Source of the DNA: Methanomassiliicoccaceae archaeon
Lineage (GTDB): Archaea > Thermoplasmatota > Thermoplasmata > Methanomassiliicoccales > Methanomassiliicoccaceae
Direction: 5' to 3'
NCBI GenBank assembly: GCA_040776945.1
Contig: JAXGZN010000002.1
Location: 768,001-832,000, forward strand
DNA length: 64,000 nucleotides
Shown: positions 37,669-47,602 of the stretch, piece by piece
Position numbering within the stretch: the stretch's first letter is position 1
How the letters are laid out: each line of letters begins with the position of its first letter
Position numbers and translations under genes: made by a program
Notes under the pieces: model-generated
Told to the model about the DNA's origin: nothing
What the model saw: only the letters and a program-made list of their open reading frames with translations
Database searches by the model: none

Positions 37669-38970
37669 ATGCCTACCTTAGCAGTGATCGGTTCGCAGTG
37701 GGGTGACGAGGGCAAGGGAAAGATCACCGACTACTTGGCGGAGGATGCGGACCTCGTGGTAAGATGCCAGGGCGGAGCTAACGCCGGCCACACCATCAAG
37801 GTGGGCAACGAGGTCTTCGCCCTCCATCTGCTTCCATCGGGCATCATCCGCGAAAACGTCCTCTCGGTCATCGGAAATGGCCTGGTCATAGACTGCGAGG
37901 AGCTCCGGTCCGAGCTGGATATGCTGCGCAGGACCGGCCGCACGGCGGACATGCTCAGGATATCGGACCGCGCCAACGTCGTTCTGCCATACCACCGATT
38001 GCTGGACGGTGCCGAGGAGCGGGCCAGGGGTGCCAAGGGAGTGGGGACCACCGGCCGGGGCATAGGCCCATGCTACGCCGACAAGGTGGCTAGGGCCGGC
38101 ATCCGCATGGGCGACCTTCTCGACGAGGTCTATCTATGGGAGAGGCTGGACACCATTTATCCGCAGAAGGAGAAGTTCGCTCAATCGCTGGGCATCCGAC
38201 TGGAGCAGGAGAAGGCGTCCTTGCTGAGGACCCTGCTGGAGTACGGAAACCTGTTCCGTCCGTACATCACCGATACGTCGGTCCTGGTCAACGACGCCAT
38301 CAGGGACGGCAAGAAGGTCTTGTTCGAAGGGGCCCAGGGAACCATGCTCGATATCGACTACGGGACCTATCCATACGTCACGTCGTCCAACTGCACTTCC
38401 TCCGGCATATGCACCGGCGCGGGGGTGCCGCCCTCCGCGGTGCAGGAGGTCGTCGGAGTGACCAAGGCCTACACCACCAGGGTGGGGGCCGGCCCGTTCG
38501 TCACCGAGCTCCATGACGCCGTCGGACTGCATCTCCAGAACGTCGGCGGTGAGTTCGGGACCACCACTGGACGGCCTCGCCGCTGCGGGTGGCTGGACAT
38601 GGTTGTGGTGAGGCATGCGGTCCGCCTTAACGGCGTCACATCTATGGCCATGACCAAACTGGACGTTCTCGGTGATCTGCCGAGCCTAAAGGTATGCGTA
38701 GCATACGACATAGACGGACAGGTGGTCAGCGAGTTCCCCGGCAGCATTTCCCGCCTCTCACGGGCCAAGCCCATCTATGAGGAGCTGGATGGCTGGGCCG
38801 CCGCATCCTGCCGGTCCGCCGACATAGTCCGAAAGGGATATGCAGCGCTGCCCAAGAACATGCGCAAATATCTGGACTTCATCACCACGAACTCAGGGGT
38901 GCCGATAGGCATAATCTCCTTCGGCAAGGGCAGGGAGGAGACCATAGACCTCCGCAGAAGGAAATGGTGA
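37669..38970 (+). CDS. purA: Adenylosuccinate synthetase
   Basis: 'QWGDEGKGK', 'GGANAGHT', 'GTT.RGIGP.Y.DK', 'EGAQG', 'YPYVTSS' and 'TTGRPRRCGWLD'. Confidence 0.98.
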   Translation: MPTLAVIGSQWGDEGKGKITDYLAEDADLVVRCQGGANAGHTIKVGNEVFALHLLPSGIIRENVLSVIGNGLVIDCEELRSELDMLRRTGRTADMLRISDRANVVLPYHRLLDGAEERARGAKGVGTTGRGIGPCYADKVARAGIRMGDLLDEVYLWERLDTIYPQKEKFAQSLGIRLEQEKASLLRTLLEYGNLFRPYITDTSVLVNDAIRDGKKVLFEGAQGTMLDIDYGTYPYVTSSNCTSSGICTGAGVPPSAVQEVVGVTKAYTTRVGAGPFVTELHDAVGLHLQNVGGEFGTTTGRPRRCGWLDMVVVRHAVRLNGVTSMAMTKLDVLGDLPSLKVCVAYDIDGQVVSEFPGSISRLSRAKPIYEELDGWAAASCRSADIVRKGYAALPKNMRKYLDFITTNSGVPIGIISFGKGREETIDLRRRKW

Positions 38971-39047
38971 TCCCTAAGGGGGTCGGCAGGTCTGACACCG
39001 TCGAAGGTTATTATTAGTCAGAGCGCGGAACAATATCCGGGACATCG

Positions 39048-39527
39048 GTGCACGTCGAGATCTTTCACGCATCAAAGTTCGGGAACGGAGAACAGGTGGC
39101 CAAGGAGCTCCAGAAGGTTCTGGTTAGCAGGGGTGCGGAGGCCGAGGTGCATCATATCCGCGATGTGAACCCGAAGAAGCTCCCGTCTGCCGACCTATAT
39201 GTGTTCAGCTCTCCGACGAGGATAGGCAAGCCTTTGCGAGGGGCGCGCCGGTTCGCTGCCAAGGTCCGTCTTCCCGCTGAGACCAAATATGCTTTCTTCG
39301 CCACCCACGGCGCCCCGCGGCCTGACAAGAGGACCGGCAGAATGCCGACCTCGGAGGAGATGGCGAAGTGGCAGCGGACGACCTCCGTCATGGAGGAGAC
39401 CTTTGATTCCATCGGCCTGATCAAGATGGCCGACATGACCTTTTACGTCACTGGCATCAGGGGGCCGCTGGAAGAGGGTTGGCGGTCAAAGGTGGCATCC
39501 TTCGCGGACCGCATCCTGCCCCCATAG
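39048..39527 (+). CDS. Flavodoxin family protein
   Basis: 'ASKFGNG..VA', 'FSSPT' and 'GPLEEG'. Confidence 0.8.
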   Translation: MHVEIFHASKFGNGEQVAKELQKVLVSRGAEAEVHHIRDVNPKKLPSADLYVFSSPTRIGKPLRGARRFAAKVRLPAETKYAFFATHGAPRPDKRTGRMPTSEEMAKWQRTTSVMEETFDSIGLIKMADMTFYVTGIRGPLEEGWRSKVASFADRILPP

Positions 39528-39609
39528 GACCCGATCGGCCCATCCTCCGGACCTGACACCGGCCCCCCAAGGGATTTATTCTCTTGGCTCAAATCTTGTT
39601 CTGAGAACG

Positions 39610-40815
39610 ATGCAGTACATTGACAACATGGAAATCGGGGGCAAGAGGCTCCTGTTGCGAGTGGACCTGAACGTTCCTTTGTCCCTTGGTAAGGTTGCGG
39701 ACGACTCCCGCATACGTGCCGTCCTCCCTACGATCCGTTACGCCCTGGACAGCGGATCCCGGCTGATCATCGTCTCCCACCTAGACCGCCCCGGGGGAAA
39801 GGTGGACCCCCGCTATAGCCTGGAGCCGGCGTGCGAGCGGCTATCCGAACTGTTGGGGTCGCAGGTTCGCTTCGTCCCGCATGTGAAAGGGAAGGAGGTG
39901 CAAGAGGCGGTGAGAAAGATGGCTCCAGGGACGGCGATCATGCTGGAGAACGTACGGTTCGACCCCGGCGAGGAGAGCGACGACCCCGCATTTGCCAAGG
40001 ACCTTGCATCCCTGGCGGACGTCTACATCGATGATGCTTTCGCTGACGCCCACCGCAGCCACGCCTCCAACGTGGGCGTGGTGGAGCACGTCCCCGCCAG
40101 CGGAGGAGGGATGCTGATGAGGAGGGAACTGTCCACGCTGGGGCGGGCCCTCGACGACCCCCAGAGGCCCCTCATAGTGGTGATCGGTGGCGCCAAGGTC
40201 AAGAGCAAGCTTGGGGTCATAGAGAACCTCTCCAGGCGTGCCGACAAGTTGGTCCTGGGGGGCCTTATGGCCCTCCCCTTCCTGATGGCCCAAGGAAGGT
40301 ATGCGGGGAAGCATGATTTCAGCGAGGAGATAATCATCGGGGCAAAGCGGATCATGGATAGGGGCGGGGAAGGGAAGTTCGTGCTCCCCATCGACCTGGT
40401 GGCCGTTGATGAGAAAGGTGAGGACTTCCACATCCTGGCGGCCGAGGACGTACGGCCGAGCATGAAGGTGATGGACATAGGCCCAAGGACCATAGAGGAG
40501 TTCTCGATGGTCCTCCGCTCAGCGCTGACCATCGTATGGAACGGACCCATGGGCGCGTTCGAGGACGATGCGTTCAGACAGGGCACGAAGGCAGTGGCCG
40601 AGGTCATCGCCGGGACCCGCGCCTTCAGCCTGGTGGGGGGAGGGGACACCGGACGAGCGCTGGAGCGCTTCGGCCTGCAGAACAGCTATTCCTATGTCTC
40701 CACGGGCGGAGGCGCCTTCCTCGAGGTCATGGGCGGACGGGAGCTTCCGGCGGTGAGAGCGCTCCAGAACGCGGACCGGACGGCCGAGGGGACCGCGTCC
40801 CCGCTGCGGACCTAA
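39610..40815 (+). CDS. pgk: Phosphoglycerate kinase (bacterial-like)
   Basis: 'RVDLNVP', 'SHL.RP', 'LENVRF', 'DAF..AHR.HAS', 'GGAKV..K', 'WNGP.G.FE', 'GGGDT' and 'STGGGA'. Confidence 0.97.
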   Translation: MQYIDNMEIGGKRLLLRVDLNVPLSLGKVADDSRIRAVLPTIRYALDSGSRLIIVSHLDRPGGKVDPRYSLEPACERLSELLGSQVRFVPHVKGKEVQEAVRKMAPGTAIMLENVRFDPGEESDDPAFAKDLASLADVYIDDAFADAHRSHASNVGVVEHVPASGGGMLMRRELSTLGRALDDPQRPLIVVIGGAKVKSKLGVIENLSRRADKLVLGGLMALPFLMAQGRYAGKHDFSEEIIIGAKRIMDRGGEGKFVLPIDLVAVDEKGEDFHILAAEDVRPSMKVMDIGPRTIEEFSMVLRSALTIVWNGPMGAFEDDAFRQGTKAVAEVIAGTRAFSLVGGGDTGRALERFGLQNSYSYVSTGGGAFLEVMGGRELPAVRALQNADRTAEGTASPLRT

Positions 40816-41546
40816 CGTACCCCGGCTGCCTTCAGGGTCTCCCTCTCCAGCTCATCTTCGGACGCGAGATAGCGGCGGCCTAAGACCTCGCTCCCCTCCA
40901 TCTCATAGACAAGGGGGATCCCCGTGGGTATGTTGAGATCGGCTATCTTATCATCAGATATGCCGTCCAGATGCTTCACCAGAGCCCTCAGGCTGTTCCC
41001 GTGGGCCGACACGAGAACGTTCCTCCCTTCCATGACCTCCGGCAATATCTCCTTTGTCCAGCAGGGCAAGACCCTTTCCAAGGTGTCCTTGAGGGACTCC
41101 CCGAACGGGAGGTCCGCGGGATCCACATCCTTATAGCGGGGATCGATGATGAGCTGCGACCGCTCGCCCGCATCCAGCGGAGGGGGACGGACCTCGTAGC
41201 TGCGCCGCCAGGCATGGACGGCCTCCTTCCCATGGACCTTGGCCGTCTCCTCCTTGCTCAGGCCCTGCAGGGCGCCGTAGTGCCTCTCATTGAGCCTCCA
41301 GGAGAGCTGGACTGGCAGATACATGAGGTCCATCCTATCGAGGACGAGCCAGGTGGTGCGAATGGCCCTCTTCAGGACCGAGGTGTGGACCAGGTCGAAG
41401 GTGATGCCTCCTCCCCGCAGACGGTCCCCGGCATCGCAGGCCTCCCGGCGTCCCTCCGGCGAAAGGTCCACGTCCGTCCAGCCGGTGAAGACGCCCAGCT
41501 TGTTCCACTCGCTCTGTCCGTGCCTCAGAAGGACCAGATGGGTCAT
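40812..41546 (-). CDS. gpmA: 2,3-bisphosphoglycerate-dependent phosphoglycerate mutase
   Basis: 'LLRHGQSEWN...FTGW', 'LNERHYGALQG', 'WRRS', 'AHGNSLR' and 'NIPTG.P'. Confidence 0.97.
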   Translation of the reverse strand: MTHLVLLRHGQSEWNKLGVFTGWTDVDLSPEGRREACDAGDRLRGGGITFDLVHTSVLKRAIRTTWLVLDRMDLMYLPVQLSWRLNERHYGALQGLSKEETAKVHGKEAVHAWRRSYEVRPPPLDAGERSQLIIDPRYKDVDPADLPFGESLKDTLERVLPCWTKEILPEVMEGRNVLVSAHGNSLRALVKHLDGISDDKIADLNIPTGIPLVYEMEGSEVLGRRYLASEDELERETLKAAGVR

Positions 41547-42463
41547 GCTTCAAGGTCACCCCAATATATGCTCATCGCCTCGCTGACGCTGGCGCCTTCG
41601 ACGGTCACGGCATAGACCGCATTGGAGAACCGCACCGCCTCGTCAAGCGATTTCTGGTGTATGTTCCTTCCGGTGGCGGAGCCTGAGGCCCCCGAGATGT
41701 TTATCTGCTCATGCAGCCGCTTGAGGAACTGTTCCGCCTTCATTCTGCTCCCGCCGGAGCATATAACCTTGGTCCGGCCGGCAGCACGGACCACATCCCC
41801 AAGGCGGGCCGCGGCCTCCGGCCCCTCGGGATAGTTCACCTTGGCGAAGTCCGCGCCGAGGCAGGCCGCGACCCCCGCCGCGCCGGCGATGATCCGGGGG
41901 TCCTTCTCATTGGGCACCGCCCTTCCCCGGGCATAGGACCATAGTATGACCGGCAGGCCGAAGTGATGGGCGCGATGCACGATCTGCGCCGCTTCCCGCA
42001 GCATTTGCGCCTCATGCTCGCTGCCGATATAGAACGTATAGCCGACCCCCACGACCCTCAGGTCGTTCTCCTTCCTCAGCGCCTCGACGTCGTCGACCGA
42101 CAGCCACTGGCCGCTAAGAGGCTCCGCCTGGACGGTCCTCACGAGGTTGGTCTTGGAATTGAGCTTCACGATATATGGTACATCGGGGTAGCTCATGCCA
42201 TAACGACAGACCAGACCGAACTGGGTGGCAAAGGCGCCTATCTTGGCCCTGCTTGCGATCCGGAACAGGTGCTCGGGGTCGCTGTCATCAGGGGAGATGC
42301 CTTCACCCAGGAAATCGGTGTTGAGGTGCTCGACCTTCTGGTCCCCCGCGAACAGCATCAGTCGGCCCTTGCCGGAGGTCATGACATCATAGTTGCTCTT
42401 GAACGTCCTGCGCATCACCACCGGTACGTCCAGAGGTATCACCGCGTCATCTAGCTCTGACAT
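41543..42463 (-). CDS. Class I fructose-bisphosphate aldolase (DhnA/FbaB family)
   Basis: 'FAGDQKVEH', 'VKLNSKT', 'W.Y.RG', Schiff-base 'LGADFAKV.YP', 'SGG' and 'GRNI.Q'. Confidence 0.9.
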   Translation of the reverse strand: MSELDDAVIPLDVPVVMRRTFKSNYDVMTSGKGRLMLFAGDQKVEHLNTDFLGEGISPDDSDPEHLFRIASRAKIGAFATQFGLVCRYGMSYPDVPYIVKLNSKTNLVRTVQAEPLSGQWLSVDDVEALRKENDLRVVGVGYTFYIGSEHEAQMLREAAQIVHRAHHFGLPVILWSYARGRAVPNEKDPRIIAGAAGVAACLGADFAKVNYPEGPEAAARLGDVVRAAGRTKVICSGGSRMKAEQFLKRLHEQINISGASGSATGRNIHQKSLDEAVRFSNAVYAVTVEGASVSEAMSIYWGDLEA

Positions 42464-43427
42464 ATCCCTCCTTCGTAAGGTCCTTGACCGTTATCTTCGG
42501 CAGCATCGCCAGCACATCGTCCTTGCCGGCCCTCGCGGTACCCGGCTTCAGCACCGTGGCCGTTCCCGCAGCGGTGCCGTACCTCAGGCTCTCCAACGGT
42601 CCCAGCCCGTTGACCAGGCCGTAAATGAAGCCGGCGACCGCGGAATCCCCCACACCGATGGTGTTCACCACCTCCACCTTAGGTGTCCTGGCCCACAGGG
42701 CCCGTTCTTCGCCAATCAGGACCATTCCGTCGGCGTCCAACGATGCCAGGACCGTTCCTGCGCCGGAGGAGCGGAGCGAGCTCGCGGCCTCCACCACATC
42801 GTCGATGCCATGAAGCTCCCGGCCCGCCAGCTCCCCCAGCTCATAGCGGTTCGGCTTGATGTAGTCCGGTCCGGCCTCGATGCCCAGCCTGAGAGCCTCG
42901 CCTTCGGCGTCGAGGAACGTGGTGATGCCTTTCTTTCGGAGCATGCTGATGATGCGGCCATAGGTGTCTTCTCCCGCTCCGGGGGGCATGCTGCCGCCAA
43001 TGGAGAAGACGCTGGCGTCCTCCAAGCCGCTGAGCTTGTCGAATAGCGTGTCCATCTCTCTGGAGGTGACCTTCGGGCCGCTCGCTGTGATGAGCAAATG
43101 ACGTCCTGTCCGGTCCTCATGAACTATGATGTTGGTCCGGGTCTCCCCTTCCACCTCGATCAGGTCGGTCATCACCCCTTCGCATGCTAGCCGCGCTTCC
43201 AGCTCCTGCCCGGTATACCCTCCGTAGAAGCCCATGGCGACGTTGGGCAGGCCGAGGTTGGTGAGCACTCGTGAGACGTCGATCCCTTTTCCTCCCGGAT
43301 AGCGGCACTCCCTCTTCACCCGGTTCGACTCATTGAAGTCCAGACGGTCGATCCAGAAGGTACGGTCGATGGCGGGGTTAAGGGCGAGGGTGTAGACCTT
43401 CCTCTCACCTCCGGACATGGAGGTCAT
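42447..43427 (-). CDS. pfkB: 1-phosphofructokinase family hexose kinase (PfkB/FruK/LacC)
   Basis: 'TL.LNPAID', 'GGKGI.VS', 'ETRTN', 'GSMPPG', 'IKPN..E' and 'NTIGVGDS'. Confidence 0.92.
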   Translation of the reverse strand: MTSMSGGERKVYTLALNPAIDRTFWIDRLDFNESNRVKRECRYPGGKGIDVSRVLTNLGLPNVAMGFYGGYTGQELEARLACEGVMTDLIEVEGETRTNIIVHEDRTGRHLLITASGPKVTSREMDTLFDKLSGLEDASVFSIGGSMPPGAGEDTYGRIISMLRKKGITTFLDAEGEALRLGIEAGPDYIKPNRYELGELAGRELHGIDDVVEAASSLRSSGAGTVLASLDADGMVLIGEERALWARTPKVEVVNTIGVGDSAVAGFIYGLVNGLGPLESLRYGTAAGTATVLKPGTARAGKDDVLAMLPKITVKDLTKEGYVRAR

Positions 43428-45880
43428 CTCCCTTCCTTTTCGAGCTTCTTTTCCATGTCCATCACCTTCACGGTGATCGCCAGGAGGGAGTCCGGGTTCA
43501 CCGATATGGAATCGATCCCCTGTTCCACCAGGAACTCGGCGATCTCCGGATAGTCGCTCGGCGCCTGACCGCAGATGCCGCTGTGCCTGCCGTTCCTCTT
43601 CGCTCCCTTGACGGCCATGGCCAAGGCCCTCATCACCCCCGGGTCCCTTTCATCGAACTCCTCGGCCAGGATCTCCGAGTCGCGGTCTATGCCCAGCGTG
43701 AGCTGTGTAAGATCGTTGGAGCCGATGGAGAAACCGTCGAAGTGTTCGCTGAACTCGTCGATAAGGAAGATGTTGTTTGGTATCTCGCACATTATGTACA
43801 CCCGCAGCCCGTTCTCTCCGCGCCTTAGGCCGTTCCTCTCCATTTCCTTGATGACCTTCTCCGCCTCTTCCACTCTACGGCAGAAGGGGATCATGGGGAC
43901 GACGTTGGTAAGCCCCATCTCGTCCCTGACCATCTTGAGCGCTTGGCATTCCATGCCATAGGCCTCGCGGTAGCGGTCAGAGTAGTAGCGGGACGCTCCC
44001 CTGAGCCCCAGCATGGGGTTCCTCTCGTCTGGCTCGAAGTACTTCCCGCCCAGGAGGTCGGCGTACTCATTGGACTTGAAATCGCTCATCCGCACCACCA
44101 CGTCCTTGGGATAGAACGCTGCGGCGATCGTGGCCACGCCGCGGGCGAGGGTCTCGATGAAATAGCTCCTGTTGTCTGGGAACGCGGAGGTCAGACGTTC
44201 GATGGCCTTTCTTTCCTCAGGGTCCGAGATCCTGCCTGGGTGCAGGAGGGCCATGGGATGGGCGCGGATGTAGCTGCTGATGATGAACTCCGTCCTTGCC
44301 AGGCCGATGCCGTCGTTCGGAACGAAGGACAGGGACAGGGCGTCCTCGGGATTGCCCAGGTTCATCATCATCTCCGTCTTTGGCCGCTTGAGGTCCTTAA
44401 GCGATGTCCTCTCCACCCTGAACGGTACCTTGCCCTCGTACACGAAACCCTGGTCCCCATCGGCGCAGCTAACTGTGACCTCGATCCCTCCCTCTATCTT
44501 CTGGGTGGCATCGTCCGTGCCAACCACCGCGGGGATCCCCAGTTCACGGCTGACGATGGCTGCATGCGACGTCCTCCCTCCCAGATTGGTCACGATGGCC
44601 GAGGCTGCCTTCATGACCGGTTCCCAGTCAGGCGTGGTGCTGTTCGAGATGAGCACCTCTCCCTTCTGGAAACCAGGCAGCTCGGAGATGTCCTTGATCA
44701 CCCTGGCCTTCCCTGAGGCGATCTTGGAGCCGACGCTCCTGCCCTTGCTCAGCACCTTCCCCCGTTCCTCCAGGATGTAGGTCTCCAGCACGTCCCTCGA
44801 TCTCTGCGACTGCACCGTCTCCGGCCTTGATTGGACGATGAACAGCTCTCCGCTCTTCCCATCCTTGGCCCACTCTATGTCCATGGGCATGTCGCGGCCG
44901 AGCTTTTCCGAATAATGGTCCTCTATGGTGACGGCATTGGAGGCCAGTTCCAGGATCTCCTCGTCCGTGAGGCAGAACCTCTGACGGTCCTCGTCCGGCA
45001 CCTCGACATTGCGGGTCAGCTCATGGGAGCCGCCCAGCCCGTAGATGAGCTTCTTCTCCTTGTCCCCTCTGTCCTTCCTGATTATCGGTCTGAAGCCCTT
45101 CTTGAAGGTCGGCTTGAAGACATAGTACTCATCGGGGTTGACCGCTCCCTGGACGATGTTCTCCCCTAGCCCATAGGAGGCTGTGATGAACACCACCTCA
45201 CGGAAACCGGTCTCGGTATCGAGGGTGAACATGACCCCGCTGGAGGCCAGGTCGGAACGGACCATCTTCATTATGCCTACGGACAAGGCGACGTCGAACT
45301 GATCGAACCCCTGGTCGATCCTGTAGGATATTGCCCGGTCAGTGAACAGGGAGGCGAAGCACTTGCCGCACGCCTCCTTGAGCGCCGGATAGCCCTGAAC
45401 GTTCAGGTAGGTCTCCTGCTGCCCGGCGAAGGATGCCGTGGGAAGGTCCTCTGCGGTCGCTGAGGACCTGACCGCGACGTCGGCGTTCTCGCCGTATTGC
45501 AAGCATAGCTCATCATAAGCGGCCTTAATCTCCGACCAGAGACCGTCCGGCATCCGGGCGCCCAGGATCAGGTCCCTGACCTTCTTCCCCCGGACCGCCA
45601 GGTCAGAGATGTCCTCCTTGTTGACGCCTGTGAGCACCTCCCTCATCTGCGCCTCGATCCCTGACGTGGTGATGAAGTGACGATATCCATCGGCGGTGAT
45701 GACGAACCCGTTGGGTATCCTGACCCCTTTAGGAGTGAGCTCTCGGTACATCTCCCCCAGCGAGGCGTTCTTGCCGCCTACCGATGGAACGTCCCCGATG
45801 CCGATGTCCTTGAACCATCGTATGTATCTCGGTCCTGCGGACCTCTCTTCCGCGGCTGTGACCTGCCTCATCCTTACCAC
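43424..45880 (-). CDS. ppsA: Phosphoenolpyruvate synthase
   Basis: 'VGGKNASLGEM', 'AVRSSATAEDL', 'SFAGQQ', 'DIEWA', phospho-His 'GGRTSHAAI', 'DFKSNEY' and 'SIGSNDL'. Confidence 0.98.
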   Translation of the reverse strand: MVRMRQVTAAEERSAGPRYIRWFKDIGIGDVPSVGGKNASLGEMYRELTPKGVRIPNGFVITADGYRHFITTSGIEAQMREVLTGVNKEDISDLAVRGKKVRDLILGARMPDGLWSEIKAAYDELCLQYGENADVAVRSSATAEDLPTASFAGQQETYLNVQGYPALKEACGKCFASLFTDRAISYRIDQGFDQFDVALSVGIMKMVRSDLASSGVMFTLDTETGFREVVFITASYGLGENIVQGAVNPDEYYVFKPTFKKGFRPIIRKDRGDKEKKLIYGLGGSHELTRNVEVPDEDRQRFCLTDEEILELASNAVTIEDHYSEKLGRDMPMDIEWAKDGKSGELFIVQSRPETVQSQRSRDVLETYILEERGKVLSKGRSVGSKIASGKARVIKDISELPGFQKGEVLISNSTTPDWEPVMKAASAIVTNLGGRTSHAAIVSRELGIPAVVGTDDATQKIEGGIEVTVSCADGDQGFVYEGKVPFRVERTSLKDLKRPKTEMMMNLGNPEDALSLSFVPNDGIGLARTEFIISSYIRAHPMALLHPGRISDPEERKAIERLTSAFPDNRSYFIETLARGVATIAAAFYPKDVVVRMSDFKSNEYADLLGGKYFEPDERNPMLGLRGASRYYSDRYREAYGMECQALKMVRDEMGLTNVVPMIPFCRRVEEAEKVIKEMERNGLRRGENGLRVYIMCEIPNNIFLIDEFSEHFDGFSIGSNDLTQLTLGIDRDSEILAEEFDERDPGVMRALAMAVKGAKRNGRHSGICGQAPSDYPEIAEFLVEQGIDSISVNPDSLLAITVKVMDMEKKLEKEGR

Positions 45881-46034
45881 CTCGTTCTCAGACCGAACGG
45901 CGCGATAGGCCGCGAGGCTGTAGAGCCCTTAATGCCTCCCCATCATTCAGAGCGGGCATGGCGGTTCTCTATGCCTCACGCTGTGAGACCATGGAAGGGT
46001 TGCGTTTAAAAACATTGTGCGTCGGCGGACTAAT

Positions 46035-46058
46035 TGGCATATTCCTTGCCATATGCCA
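46035..46058. promoter_or_regulatory. Operator-like inverted repeat upstream of the ppsA operon
   Basis: Perfect TGGCATAT-N8-ATATGCCA next to an AT-rich TATA region (about 46075-46110). Confidence 0.45.
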
Positions 46059-46262
46059 GATTGTTCAAACATCCATATATGTAATATAAATATATCAATA
46101 TTTATTATAGTCCGGGTACGTCCGATGCCGCCTCTGCCAGGATCAGGGGCCCATGGAGCGCTCTGTTCTTTCCTCACAGTTCCGCTCAGCTGCTCAAGAG
46201 CGCCGCGCCTCTCGAGGACCGGTGCTTCGGAGATCCTGTTGATGCGGGCCGAAGCGAATGGC

Positions 46263-47249
46263 TCAGTCCTGGGGATGGGTGTGCATCTTGATCTTTCTGA
46301 GGTACTCCAGAGGGATCTCGTCCTCCAGTTTTCCTGACCTGAAGGCGTCGATGGTCTGTACCGCGTGCTCGAATATCCTGTTGATCGATTCCTTGGTATA
46401 GAACCCGATGTGGGGAGTGATCACCGTCCTGTGCGAACCGATAAGGGGATCGTTCTCCGGATGGCCCTCATCATCGATCACGTCCAACCCGGCAGCGGCC
46501 AGCCGGCCGCTGTCCAGAGCCTCGCGGAGCGCGGTCTCGTCAACTATCTTGCCTCTGGCGGTGTTGATCAGGATGCTGCCTTCCTTCATTGACCGAAGCG
46601 CCTCATGGCCTATCAGGTTCTCCGTGCTAGGGGTCAGGGGCAGATGGAGGGTCACCACGTCGCTCCTCTTCAGGAGATCCTCCAGGGAGAGATAAGGGAA
46701 GTTGTGCTCGCTGGCTAGCTTCTCGTTCTGGTATAGGTCGAAGGCAACTATCTTCATCCCGAATCCGCGAGCGATCCTTATCATCTCGGCCCCTATCTTC
46801 CCGGTCCCGACCACTCCAAGCACCTTGCCCTTGAGCTCGGTGCCGATGAACGGTCCGAAGTCGAACCTTTTCTCCTCCTTGACCGACCTGTCCGCGGCCA
46901 CAAGGTTCCGTGCGCAGGCGAGGAGCAGGCAGAAGGCATGTTCGGCCACCACGTGCGGCCCATAGCTCGGCACATGTGTCACGGCGATGCCCTTCTCTAC
47001 TGCGTGCTTGGCGGCGATGTGGTCGAACCCCGCGCTCCTTGTATTTATCATGCGCAGGTCGGGGAGGCTGTCGATCACCTTCTCGCTGACCGGCGTTCTG
47101 ATGAACACCGAGATCAGGGAGCATCCTTCCGCCTCATGGACCAGTTCGTCCTCCTCGAGCGGTCCGTCGAACAATCTCAGCTCATCATCAGGAAAGGCCG
47201 CCCTCAGCATCTCCTGATGCCCCATTGCCTCAGTGAACAGCATCTTCAT
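46263..47249 (-). CDS. D-isomer specific 2-hydroxyacid dehydrogenase (D-lactate dehydrogenase-like)
   Basis: 'TRSAGFDHI', 'VP.Y.P..VAEH', 'G.G.IG', 'LHLPLT', 'INTARG', 'LDV..E' and 'TPHI.FYT'. Confidence 0.92.
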   Translation of the reverse strand: MKMLFTEAMGHQEMLRAAFPDDELRLFDGPLEEDELVHEAEGCSLISVFIRTPVSEKVIDSLPDLRMINTRSAGFDHIAAKHAVEKGIAVTHVPSYGPHVVAEHAFCLLLACARNLVAADRSVKEEKRFDFGPFIGTELKGKVLGVVGTGKIGAEMIRIARGFGMKIVAFDLYQNEKLASEHNFPYLSLEDLLKRSDVVTLHLPLTPSTENLIGHEALRSMKEGSILINTARGKIVDETALREALDSGRLAAAGLDVIDDEGHPENDPLIGSHRTVITPHIGFYTKESINRIFEHAVQTIDAFRSGKLEDEIPLEYLRKIKMHTHPQD

Positions 47250-47602
47250 CCTTATCGCCCCTGGTCGTCAGGCGACCGGTCGAACGGTTTGGCCTGGCGT
47301 GCATGTTGTTCGCGCCTTGCCGATATAATCTTATTTAATGTCCTGGGTAGCCTTCGGTCAAGGCCTGGGGGCAGTTGTGAGCTGTAGACCCGCTGCGCTG
47401 CCGAAGCTTGTCTTTCTCCGACCTAGCGTAGCTTGTGCGCATATCGCGCTCTTCCCGTGCCGACATCTGGTGGAGGGCCCTTCTTATTGCGGCACGTCCT
47501 AACGAGGGACCGGGCCGAGGACCGTCCGTGCCATTCCCAGGGGCGCTCCGAACAGTTCAATAAGGCATCGATCGCACGTGGGGCGTAAAGGAGCGCATCG
47601 GG

